Of a stretch of 64,000 nucleotides of DNA, positions 46,501-58,500 are shown in pieces. Position numbers and translations under genes: made by a program. Within the stretch, counting starts at the first letter, position 1. Every line of letters starts with the position of its first letter. The stretch is from NCBI GenBank assembly GCA_030141605.1, contig JAQGDQ010000368.1:62001-126000 (forward strand), in the 5' to 3' direction. The notes under the pieces are model-generated. The model was given only the letters and a program-made list of their open reading frames with translations. It had not been told where the DNA came from and made no database searches. Source of the stretch: Tubiluchus corallicola. Its lineage: Eukaryota; Animalia; Priapulida.

Positions 46501-49500
46501 TCATAAGGCACTTCATTGTGAAATGAAGTTGGCCATTATTTTCATTTGCCATAAGGCATTTTTTACTTATCGCTAACGTGAAAATTAGTGCAATTCAGCT
46601 TTTTCTATACACAATTCATTTATATCACAAGAATTCATAACAATGACATAACATAAACATTAAAAAGTATTTTTAACCCATTACACCTATTTACGACTGC
46701 TGTATTACTAACAATACACATAAGAAACATATATTACATCCAAGAGGAAACGCACGACTGACAATCTGTCATTCCTTAAAAAAATCTGCTACTTTGCAGT
46801 GGCCAATAAGTAATATTACTTAAACAATCATTTATAAAATTTGAAATTAACACAAATATTTGGCAATAAACAGTTCTATTATATTAACACATTATCTAGT
46901 TGTTTGTGCGTGAACATGAAAGTGAATACGCCTTCACTTCGCCTACTGCTGGTGCTGGGTCGGTCCACATTGTTCGTTTGCGCTTTTGTTTTTTAATACA
47001 CTGCATTACAAACCATATACAACCAGATCCAGTGACTGGCTAGTTTTCGACATTTAGAGATACAGAAAACTGATTAGCGCTCCTGCCAAAAAATGGATTA
47101 TGGCAAACACCTTGCTAGTTACACAGAGCAAGGGAAGCTACCGCTGATTACGACATGTGCCTTACGGAAGAAAGAATACGCCTTATGACCTACGGATTAA
47201 GGATTACGGCCTTGGTCCATACGCCTTTCTCTGTGTGACACGGGCCTTAAAGGTAAACTTCTACAAATAAGGATTAAGTTAATGAAAAAAAATAATCACA
47301 AAAATTATTAGTTCTTATTGTCAGGCTCAGTTCTCTTTTCTCGCTTTTTCTTGAGGACTGCTTTTACATGGCACTGTGTCAATATAATTATGATATGTGA
47401 CAGATATATACTGATATTTCCACCTAAAAGCAGCCTAAGAAAAAGGCAAAAATGTGAAATAAACAGCAAGACCAATGTTCATAAGATTACTAGTAAAGAC
47501 TTTAAATTTCTCGACCTGTTAACTCGTGGTTAGTAACAATCTTACTGTCCAACAATCAAATTCGATGCAGAACCTATAATAAATGTCCTACTCACTCTCT
47601 TCACAGCTTTTTCCCATGAAGCCAGGTTGACAGTGACATGTACCAGACACGGCATCACAAGAACCTCCGTTTTCACAGGTACAACTTTCCTGACAGTTCA
47701 AACCATACTTTCCTTTGGGACAAGCTAGAACACGAACAAAAAATGTTTTAGAATACTTCTTAACATTATGAAAGTTGAGCCATTCTTGATTTCTTGGATA
47801 ACAGCACAAATTGCTTCAAACATAACATATGGCTTTTTTAAGAAAATTATAATCTACTATTGTTAAGTGTGTGCATAGCAGGCACGCAGAAGCAAAGGTG
47901 CAAATAGCAAATGTTAAAGCCATGCACGATATTAACATTACCACTTTCAAGTATTTATTAAAACTGGCTTTGATTTGTTGCTATTATAAACCATAAGCAT
48001 TAAGTTAATGAAAAAATAATCACACTGATTGTTGTTAATTTTCAAATGGCTGTTTTATAAATATTCACTGCCCTTAATGACAAATGCGTACTTTACATTT
48101 GCAAATGTATGCAAAAAATTGTTTAAATATACATAAACAGAGTTTCAATGTGCAACAATCTTGGTCTATTTTCATTATTTTTAATATTACACAAAATAAT
48201 GAGGGTGTCTTCAATAGAGAGACGAGGAGATTAGCTAAATGGGGGCGGTGTGCACTTAGTGACCAAAGATTCTCGTCCTGCCACAAGCTGAATATAATAA
48301 CTAAACCTTGTTGTTCAGTGCTTGAATAAAATAAAATTTACATTTAAGATTTTACTTGTTTACATACAAAGTGCATTTATGTATCACACTATGAGCTTCT
48401 CACAGCACGAATCACAAATAAAGCAGAAATTCTACTTGGCAGCATCTGTCACTAACGACAAAATTTTATCAAGGAATAATAACTCTTACAAAAGCATGCC
48501 CAGCAGCAAGTTGTAAAAAGAAACCCAACATCTAGCAATAATTGTTGCGACAGAATACAAACGCCTTATAGCAGATTACAGCTCAGCAAAGCGAAAGCCA
48601 AGCAGCATATAATAGTCACATACGCAATTAATAAATACCTTTGCGTAATTCTCCAATGTAAGAAAATATAAATAGAGACTTTTTAAGATTTTAACTTTTA
48701 CAATTACTGATGATGACAATGTGCATGCTATAATATAGCACAGACTGTTAACAGCTTTAGGCACAATTAGTGAACATTCGAAATTACAATGATTGCAATA
48801 CAGTAAGTCCTCGCTCAATGACTCTCCATTTAGCGACGTTTCGTTTTAATGACGTTGATCATTTGATACCTTTGTTCCACTTAAGGACGCACGTTTCACT
48901 TTAACGACGATTTTTGTACTTTGTTCCAGGCAAATTTTTATTTTATCAACAACATTTTCACCTAATTTAATGTATTGAAACAGAGCATATTACATTATTC
49001 TGTTCTAAAAATGCACTAGTAACATAAACAGTGTAATTATTATATACGTTTTTGCTTCACGACTGACTACTAAATGCTTGCCATTTATATCAAGTGAGAC
49101 CTGCTAGCAAACTTTCTGTGCAACCCGTTGCTACAACAACCAGACTTGATATCTAGATAAAATTTCCAAGGTCACCTCAGAGCTTGGCTTTGACTCTGCA
49201 GTGTTTATTGTTTAACTGCTGTCTAGGCTTAAAAGTTAACCAAAGAGAGCTATACATAGGTAATGTTAAGTTAAGATATATAGGTGGTTTCAGGCAAACG
49301 GAAAGAAATTAATCAGTAGAAATATTAGCAAAACTCCTAAAATTTTTAAGTTATATGATTTAACCAGCATTGATTTTTGCCTCTGGAACGTATCTCAATT
49401 CTTTTACATTACTTTCTGTGGAAGTCTTGGCTTCGTTTAATGATGTTTCACTTAACGTCACCTTTTGCTGGAATGCATTAGAAAAATTAAGCGAGGATTT

Positions 49501-52500
49501 ACTGTATTTACTTGCATTTTGTAAGGCAGTTGAATAGATATGCAACCAATATGATGGTTCCTTAACTTGTTGTCAAAATTTCCTTCACTCATTGTTACAT
49601 AATGTTACACTAATACATAAGCAGTGCATATTAGGGCTGAGCATTCTCTACTAGGAAGCTAATTCGAATTGAATCGAATTTGTGACTGTCGAATTTGAGT
49701 CGAACCAAATTTCAGCATTTTTAACTCGAATCGAATTCGAACTCTGTTTGAAAGATTTTCAAACAAGTTTCGAACCACAGGTAAAAAGTGATCTTAGAGA
49801 GATTCTGCATATTTTTCGATTTTGTTCTGCAGTAAAATCACTAATAATTTATTTAGAAATTGTGCACAGAAATCACAGCTAACTTGTGCTGATTGAGTGA
49901 ACTTCCAAACGTTTTTTATGATAAGGAACGCATGTGGTTGAAGTGCTGAATTATTCGAATTTATAATTTTAAGTTCGAAACAAATTCGAACTAAAGAAAC
50001 TTGTTCTAATCAAATTCGAACGGTCTGGATGCTCACCCCTAGCGTATATATAATGATTCCTAATACTATGAAACCATAGCAAATATCAACTACAACTACC
50101 GTTGACTTCTTAATGTCATTGGCTTTTAGTTTAAAAGTAGCAAAAATATCAGTTCTAAAAAATGCTACAAAATGAGCATGTTCACCTTGTGTGCATCCAG
50201 GTCCTTGCCAGCCAGGTGCGCATCTGCATGAACCTGTTGCAGGATCGCACCTTGCACCATTGGCGCAGTTACATTGGTACTGGCAGTCCAAGCCGTAGAA
50301 TCCGTCAGGGCATGGGCGTTCACAGTGCATACCTCTCCAGCCCGGGGTACATGTACACGCGCCACTGATGTGATCGCAATCCGCCCCGTTCTTACAGGAA
50401 CAATTGCCCTTGCAAGCTGCTCCATAAGTACCATTTTCACAAGCTAGAAATGAATTTATCAAGCTTTAATGTGTCAAATATCATTCACACAAACTAATGC
50501 TCAAACAAAAAAAAATTGAAAGTGCAAACTTTCTTTAGCCTTTTGATTAGATATATGATGCAGAGACAGAGAAATTTTATATAAAGAAGACTGATAATGT
50601 GTAGAGAATAAAGTTTGCTGTAAGGAAGGGTAGGGCACACCGTAAAATATGAATTTTGGACTTAAAGATGTGTATAAGTCAAAGTCAAACAAATCCGACT
50701 CAAATGTATTCACGTTAAGTGACTTTTTCCAGCTTTTATAGTCGAAATAACGCTACAGTAGAAACAAGTTTTAAAAATTACCTGTTGCTGTCTTAAAAAA
50801 TACACAACAGGTGAAAATGATGCAGCTAAAATGTAAAGGATTTCATATATAAACTCACGTAGCTGGCAGTTTTCCCCATGCCATCCGGGTGTACAAATAC
50901 ATTCTCCAGTTTTAGGTTCGCAGTCTCCTCCGTGGTGACATTTACAAGCTTCTGAACAATCTGGTCCAAATGTTCCTGGACTGCAAACTGAAAACAATGT
51001 ATTGTGACTAATTACCATTAAATAAAAGTGAATTCAAAATGATGGACAAAAGCAGATCTGAGGAAAAAGGGTAGGATGTCCCTGACGAGAATGCAAAGAC
51101 CAGAAAAAACTAATTGAAAATGAGCCATTAGTTAAAGACTTACATCAGTGCCCAAGTCTGAAAAGAGATCAAGAAATGAGTGGACAGCTGCTCATAACCT
51201 TGACTTTCTAAAGAAACATTTAACAAGCATAAAACAAGAAAGTGTACAGTAAACATCTCCCTCAAAATGGCAGTAAATGATTCTTCAAGAGAGACAATGA
51301 CCTAAGTTTTGCTGAAATAACACTCAGTTTTTGACAAAATCATTGGGCACGAAGGATGACAGAATGTCTCAATATTTTTAATGGGAGTCATTATCCCTAA
51401 ATTTCACACTAAGAAAATAATTTCTTTACAGTGAGAAAGAATAAGGGTAACAGAAAAGGACTAGCTCTCAGTAACATGAGTAGTTAAGCTCCCAGTAACA
51501 GAAGTGAGTAACAAAGATTCAATAAACTTACTTATTTACTTATGTACTAGGCCCTCAATAAGATGAATTTATTTGTATCACTTGAATGATTAGTAACAGG
51601 AATGAATAATTTTGTAAAAGAAATTACTAGTATCCTGTAACAGAAGTGGAGCTAATTTATGTTCCCATTATGAAGAATAATTAAGTTCCTATATGTACAC
51701 AGATGTGTGTGTGTGTGTTGGTGTGTGGGTGTGTGTTAAAAAATTCTATTAACCATGCTACTCAAATTACAATACACCATGTAGGCATGGTGACGTAGGT
51801 CTGGTGCCAGATTTAGACTTGGTGAGGCCCTAGACTATATAAAGCCCTGTGCCTGGTCTCAGAAAACTTGAAAATATATATGCCTCTTAATTATTTAATT
51901 GCAAAGTGAGCAATACAAATTATTTTCAAATGAATGACTTACTGACAACATGTTGATAATGTGGCTGGCTTAAACTCTGCCATATACATTTTGTATTATA
52001 ATAAAATGCAGTTATGACGGATGACCAAAATACTAAACTAAGGAAAAAATGGCAAAAATTGAAAAAAATCATAAAAAATGCAAATATCAAAATTTTGGAA
52101 ATCAGTTAACAACTTTTATATAGTTTATCAGAAAAACAGTTAAAGAAAGCTTTGCTTAATACTATTTTAAATTAAATTATATTTTAGTCTGTTGTGCCAT
52201 TTTTGAAATCTTAGCAACTTTTAAATTTTATCATTCTGATTTTAATCTTTAATCACATTAATTTTGACCTCATGTAGTTTTTTTCTTAATTATGGAGCAT
52301 GGAGAGCATGGACTATCGTGGAGATATTGTATTATATGCAATTGTGATCCACATCCATGTAAAAAATAAATTTCTGTTTTATTCTACTCTTCTTATGATG
52401 ATCCATGATTCGTTTAGAGTGAATCCACTTGGCGATTTCAAAGGAAATGTTGTTTGAAACTTTTTCTCCTATAGGGCCCCATATTAGCGAAAATTTAAAA

Positions 52501-55496
52501 AAAAATGCGTAAAATTTAAGAAATAAAAATTTTGAAAATCCGTAAAAATATGATTCTGTGTCTGTTAATGCCAAGTCCTGACCCGACATTTCTTACAACT
52601 TTGATCACAATGTAGAGTGTTAGAAGTTTCCGTTAGATTTATTACATAACCAGTCGTGATGCTGCTTTTGTGTTCTTATGTTGGGATTCATCCAAGGATC
52701 GTTTCCGGGACAAATCATTACTGTTTGATTTGGGATAGATCCACAGCACAGTTTGTACATGCATCTATAATTAACTTGAATGTTAGGTTTACATTGAGAG
52801 TTATTAAGATGACACTTGATAATTGATTCAAAAATATATGAAGTATCAACATTTTCATACTTCTAAACTTTTCTCACATACCTTTTTACTTAATACATAT
52901 ATAAATTTCATATGGCTCGATATAGGACATTGTCTGCATGTATCAGGAGTCGCTGTCTGTACAAACATTCCAATAAACCAGTTTGGAATATTTGTAATGA
53001 TAAGATCTAAACATGATTTTGACACTGCTGAAATGTGAGTGACTTCGCTTATTAATTGAAGCAGACGTTAATTACGTAAATGATACAAAATCTGATTCAA
53101 CTCCTCTCTTCCCTTCCCCTTTCCCCTCCTATTGCATTTTGATCTATTCTTTATTATTCTACTTCATTCAACACTTTTGCATTTTCGTTCTTTCTAATCT
53201 AATTTGCAGTTTGCACCTCGCGGTTAGGGTTTAGCGTAGTATATTTGCTTTTGTGCAGTTTCAGCATCCGCTAGCACTAGATCCGCATGCAAAAGCCAAA
53301 TCTTTTGATACCTAACAAACAATTGTATAGCCAATATCGTCTTTGCAATATATTATTAGGTTAGGTGTTGAGGTAACATTAGCTAGATGGTAATATCAAC
53401 ACAGCTGGCAACAGGAGGAGAAGCCTAATTAAACACCAGAAAGGTGTGGCAGACAAAACTAACATGTAGATTCGCACCCGGTGAACTAATGCACACACTA
53501 TTATGATTAACGCAAATATATGACAAAGTACATGTAACATATTGGCATTGTAGTATAAAAGTGGTCAGCTGAAAACATTTTCATCGTCATCCTCCTTGGA
53601 TAGGCATATTATGACTGTATAATGTGAATCAGCTAAGTTTATTATTCAGACTTCCAGAGCAAAAATGTCGTTTGCATCATTTCTCAAAACTTGTGCCATC
53701 GTTTGTTATTTCCTTGAATGTTTTTGGACTGCAGGAATGTCGTGTAAAACTAAAACAAGGACTGAAAATTGCAACAGTTTGTATAACCAGTACAATTTAG
53801 ATGCAATTTATGGTAAAAACTTCAGAACACAGGGTTATTCACTCCATGGAGAGTTGCTTCGAGTGGGAGAATGGAGAGATGATCCTATGAAGGCATATCT
53901 AGATCAGCTGCTTCCGATACTCAGTCAAGCAGCAAACTTCACGTACAAGGTGACATACATCAAACATTTGCAAACTCTAAAAAATGCAATTGATACAGGA
54001 GAATTCGACTTGTTGTTGGCACTATGCACAATCTTACCAGAAAGAACAAAAAGTATGACGTTTCTTCACCCACTTGCTTATAATTCTTACGTATTTATCA
54101 CAAAAAGACATCGATTACAAGATTTTAGTATAATAGACCCATTCACCACACCCGTGTGGCTGCTTGTGGTATTATATGGCATAGTAGTGGGTACAATACT
54201 TTACTATATTGACTACAGCAGAAACCTGCCGTGCAACGAGGAAGAGATTTTAAAATGCAGCAATTGCCAAAGAAAACTGGAAAAACCTGTGATAAAGATT
54301 GAAAGTAAGGCGTACTTTACTCGGTTCACACTATCGTCATACCTCCAACAAGGTGGAACATATTTACCACAATGTTTATCCGCTAGGATGCTTATCGGAT
54401 GGTGGTGGATTTTTGCTTGCATCATCACAGCCATGTACATGGGCACACTGGTTAGTAAATTATTTGTAAGCAAGCAAGTTTATCCATTCTCTACGTTGCA
54501 AGAGTTGATAGACAGCGACATAATTCCTGTTACCCTAGGTCAGTACAGCCCCACCTTGCAAATGAAAAACAGACCTGAATTTAGGCAACTGTGGCAGAGA
54601 ATGGAAACGGATCCTAATGTACCTGCCGACAGTGCAGAGACCGCATTAGAGCTGACAGCTACCGGAAAATACACATTTTTTACAGAAGGGACTTATGCAA
54701 AGTTCTACTTAATTAATGACTATGAATTACACGGAAAATGCAGATTTTCCATTGCTTCGTCTTTAAGTTTTTCGACACCATTAGCATTAGTTGTACCAAA
54801 GAAAAGTAAGTATACAGAAGACCTAAATTTTGCACTTGCTACATTAAAAGAACATGGTCTTGTGGACAAACTGCCACAACAGTTACTGCAACCATTGGAA
54901 AAGTGTTTAGGCCCACCTGTTCAGCATGTAGGTACATTATCAATTAATGTTGAGCAACTTAACGTGGTTTTTTGGGGGTTGACATATGGAATCGGTGCAG
55001 CATTGTTTACACTTATTATCGAGCTTGCTTACAAGAAATTTATGTGAAAATCAATAGTTTATGTACTGACCTTATTGCTGATGGATTTGTACAGGATAAT
55101 CGTGTATGAGCTAAGAGTGGATATGCTAAATGGAAAGTAAACAGTGAAATTGACTGGAGCACGTTCCATATGCGAGATATCTCATCGCAAAATTTAGTTG
55201 TTTATCTGATACGGTAAACTATGTATAACTTGAACTGGTATAACTCTTATTCTTGCGTATCTCGAACTGATCTCATGGAATGGATTTTCCTTTCATTTTT
55301 CCCTTTAACAAACATCGTGTAACTCGAAATCTGTAGCTTGAATTATCGCATAAGTGGAACCATATTCCCAGCACAGTTTTTAAGAACTTTACTGAAATTA
55401 CCTCAACTGTCTGGAACAGCCTCCCAAACAAGAATTCTTACGTGAAAGCATGCACCACATTACGATTTTAACTGTGTGTGTGTGTGTGTTTGTGTG

Positions 55497-55557
<61 letters not shown>

Positions 55558-58500
55558 ATGCGGGTGTGTGTGTGTGTGTTAATTCTTTATTTGGCATTAA
55601 AATGGTTCGCTCATTATAATAAAATTGAGTAAGCCTCAGCATAATGTTAAAACAACAACACTGCACAAGACAAATGCATCCAGTGCAGAAAGAAGTGCAC
55701 TAAAAAAACTGAAGTACAAAACTAAGGTCTAATTATTTACAATATATGAACACATTTACAAACATGATATTAAAACATATTTACAAAACAATATTACAAA
55801 AGTACATGAAATTTCACATGACATTTACACTGCATATTTATTTACAATATATGCACATATTTACAAACACAATATTAAAACATATGTACAAAACAATATT
55901 ACAAAAGTACATTAAATTTTACATGACATTTATACTGTATATACATTTGACATTACATAATTAACATAACACGCATTACATAACATAAACTTTATATTCT
56001 TAATCATTTATGTAGATCAGAGGCAGGGGTAGATGGAAGTTGAGTCTGAGTAATTAGTATCAAATACATAATTTGGATGTTGAAACCTATTACATTGATA
56101 TTCTTTTAATTTCTTTTTAAACAGGTGGAGAGGTTTTATGTGTTTTATTTCTCTGGGTAGTAAGATCTTAAATGTATGGCTTGTTTTGATATAGAGTTAT
56201 TTCCAAATTTATTGTTTACTGTAATTTGCTTTAAATTGTGTGTTCTATTGTTTAAAGTATATCAGGCATGAACGATGAAGGATTGTTTATAAAGGAAATG
56301 CTCAGGTTACTGACATATTTAAAAAGAAACATCAGTGTTTTGTTATCTCAACACTCTAGAATAAGAGAAGGGCAGGTCTTCATAGGAAGGACTAAGGAGA
56401 GTAGGTCCACAGTATCAAGAAGGAGAAGATTGTTTATAACAAAAGCCACCAGGTTATCAGTACCAGGAGTGACTACATGCTCAGAAATAGATGTGGGTAT
56501 GCCCTCAGCACAAGAAGTGGTATCAAAAGATAGACCAAAATCTTTCATAACAGAAGTGATAGTCATTTAATAGGAATGACAAGAATGATAAGCTTAAAAC
56601 TATTATATGTAAATCACGTTGCTCAAAACTCATCAGTCTAATGGAAAAAAACTTTAAATTTCTTACCTCTATCACATAATTTTCCAGTCCAACCTGCTGT
56701 ACAATTGCAATCACCGGAAACTGGATCACATTCAGCATTATTATGACACATACACTGAAGCAGACAGTCTTCACCATATCTTCCCTGGGGACAAGCTGTA
56801 AAATGTACGCAAGTATGCATGAGTTGAACTTCAGATAAGCAAGGAAAGAATATTAATGAAATTATAAGTGATGACATTTCTGTTAGCATGTAGTTAAAAA
56901 GTTATCATAACAATATTTGTATTCTTTCTTTATTTGTTAAATTAACACTTCTCAGCACATGCCTTGCAAACAATACATAACTATGGTAAATTTGGAAATC
57001 AATACATCACATTTAATTTTAAACAATGATATTGGCATACATAAGTAGATTACACTGTCAACAAAAGAAATGAAAGTATTTGAAAAGAAGTATTAAGAAA
57101 TGAAACACATCATAAACATTTTAATATAAGATCTTACGCTCAGCACAAGTAACTCCAAAGAATCCGGCTTCGCAGAGGCATGTTCCGTCTATAGAGTCAC
57201 ATTCCGCTCCATTAAGACAAGTGCAGTTTTGCAAGCAGTTGGAACCCCAAACACCTTCAGGACATTCTGCAAGTTGGCAGAATAAAAATAATAAAATGTG
57301 CAAAAACATTATTTTTCTTTGGTATTCTAACAGTTTCTCTAAAAGAATGGAAAAACTTTAACATGTCATTATTGCATTATTTACAAAAAAAAAATATCAA
57401 GCGATTGTTACGTTAGTAACTTAATGAATAAAAAATAGTAACTTAATGAATAAAAAATAGTAACTTAATGAATAAAAAAGAGTAATCTAATGAATAAAAA
57501 TAGTAACTTAATGAATAAAAAAATACACAAAATGACTTATAAACCCACCCATTTCGCAGACCTCGCCCATCCGCCCTGGTGGACAGATACAAACTCCCGT
57601 CTTTGCATCACATTTTAGTGTTCCACAATTGCAATCAAATAAACAATCTTGCCCGTATTTTCCTTCTTCACAAGCTGAAAAAAATAAAAAATTTCAATCT
57701 ACCAAAGGTGTGCTTTCAGTGGCGGCTCATCGCTAAAATTAGTGGGGTGCTGCTTCAGAAAATTTTCAGCCATTTTTTTATTAAGTAAAATGTTTTAATG
57801 TTGTAGATCAGATAACGTATATTTGAAGATCAGGTGTTGAATTGCCTCTTTTTTTATCTGCAACAATCTCATGGAGAGACAACTGTGAAAAATTAAGCTG
57901 TTGCAGTTCACTTACACTCACAGAACTTATTTCTTGGAGATGCAGGGCGTCCATTATTAAATAATTTGTTTTAGGCACTTTATCACGTCCAAGAATATGA
58001 TGGTACACGGTAAGCACGTGGCAATTGTTACTGTGTTCGAGACAGTACTTTTCTACCTAGCAGCAGATGCTAGCGTACAGAGTGCTATCTTAGACATGTG
58101 CGTTTCGCCACATGCGCACAACAGCCAAACACCACATTACTTGGGCTGTGAAGCAAGTTGTACTTCCCTCACATGCTCCAGTTCCGCACTAGTACAGAGA
58201 AAGAACCAAAGAATAAAGACTTATTGTATTGAATATTATCGATAATAATGAGTGAAAACAGAGGGTGCTGCATTACCACAGTAACTATACATGAGCTGCC
58301 ACTGGGTGCTTTAGTTGAACAAAAAATTCACGAGTCTAATTGATTTGAAATCAGTTGTTGACTACAACTACTATTAATTAGTTTTCCAAGTGTTCGTTAA
58401 ATACAGTGACTTTGGAAAAGCATGTAAATGCTCAATTCCTTGTTAAACTCTGAAATAAAATCATTTTATGCTTATCCGAAGAAGTTACATTAGTTTATAA

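Noticed and set aside
53068-53075. TTAATTAC (Nkx6-type site) upstream of the receptor, suggesting regulation by the neighbouring Nkx6
   Set aside because: Such AT-rich 8-mers are expected by chance in this composition; there is no independent support.
54213-54473. Minus-strand 86-aa ORF
   Set aside because: Antisense shadow of the receptor ORF; no EGF pattern or fitting splice sites.
53665-55047. Horizontal transfer of a bacterial GluR0
   Set aside because: It has M4, a QQG pore loop instead of a K-channel TVGYG filter, animal-type M3/S2 motifs and host-like base composition.
57414-57523. CRISPR-like array (also the 99-bp repeat at 38073..38354)
   Set aside because: Head-to-tail tandem units with no unique spacers, in an animal intron, with no cas genes.
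57997-58245. Cys-containing + strand ORF as a further EGF exon
   Set aside because: Wrong strand and wrong Cys spacing; the flanking exons already join in frame.
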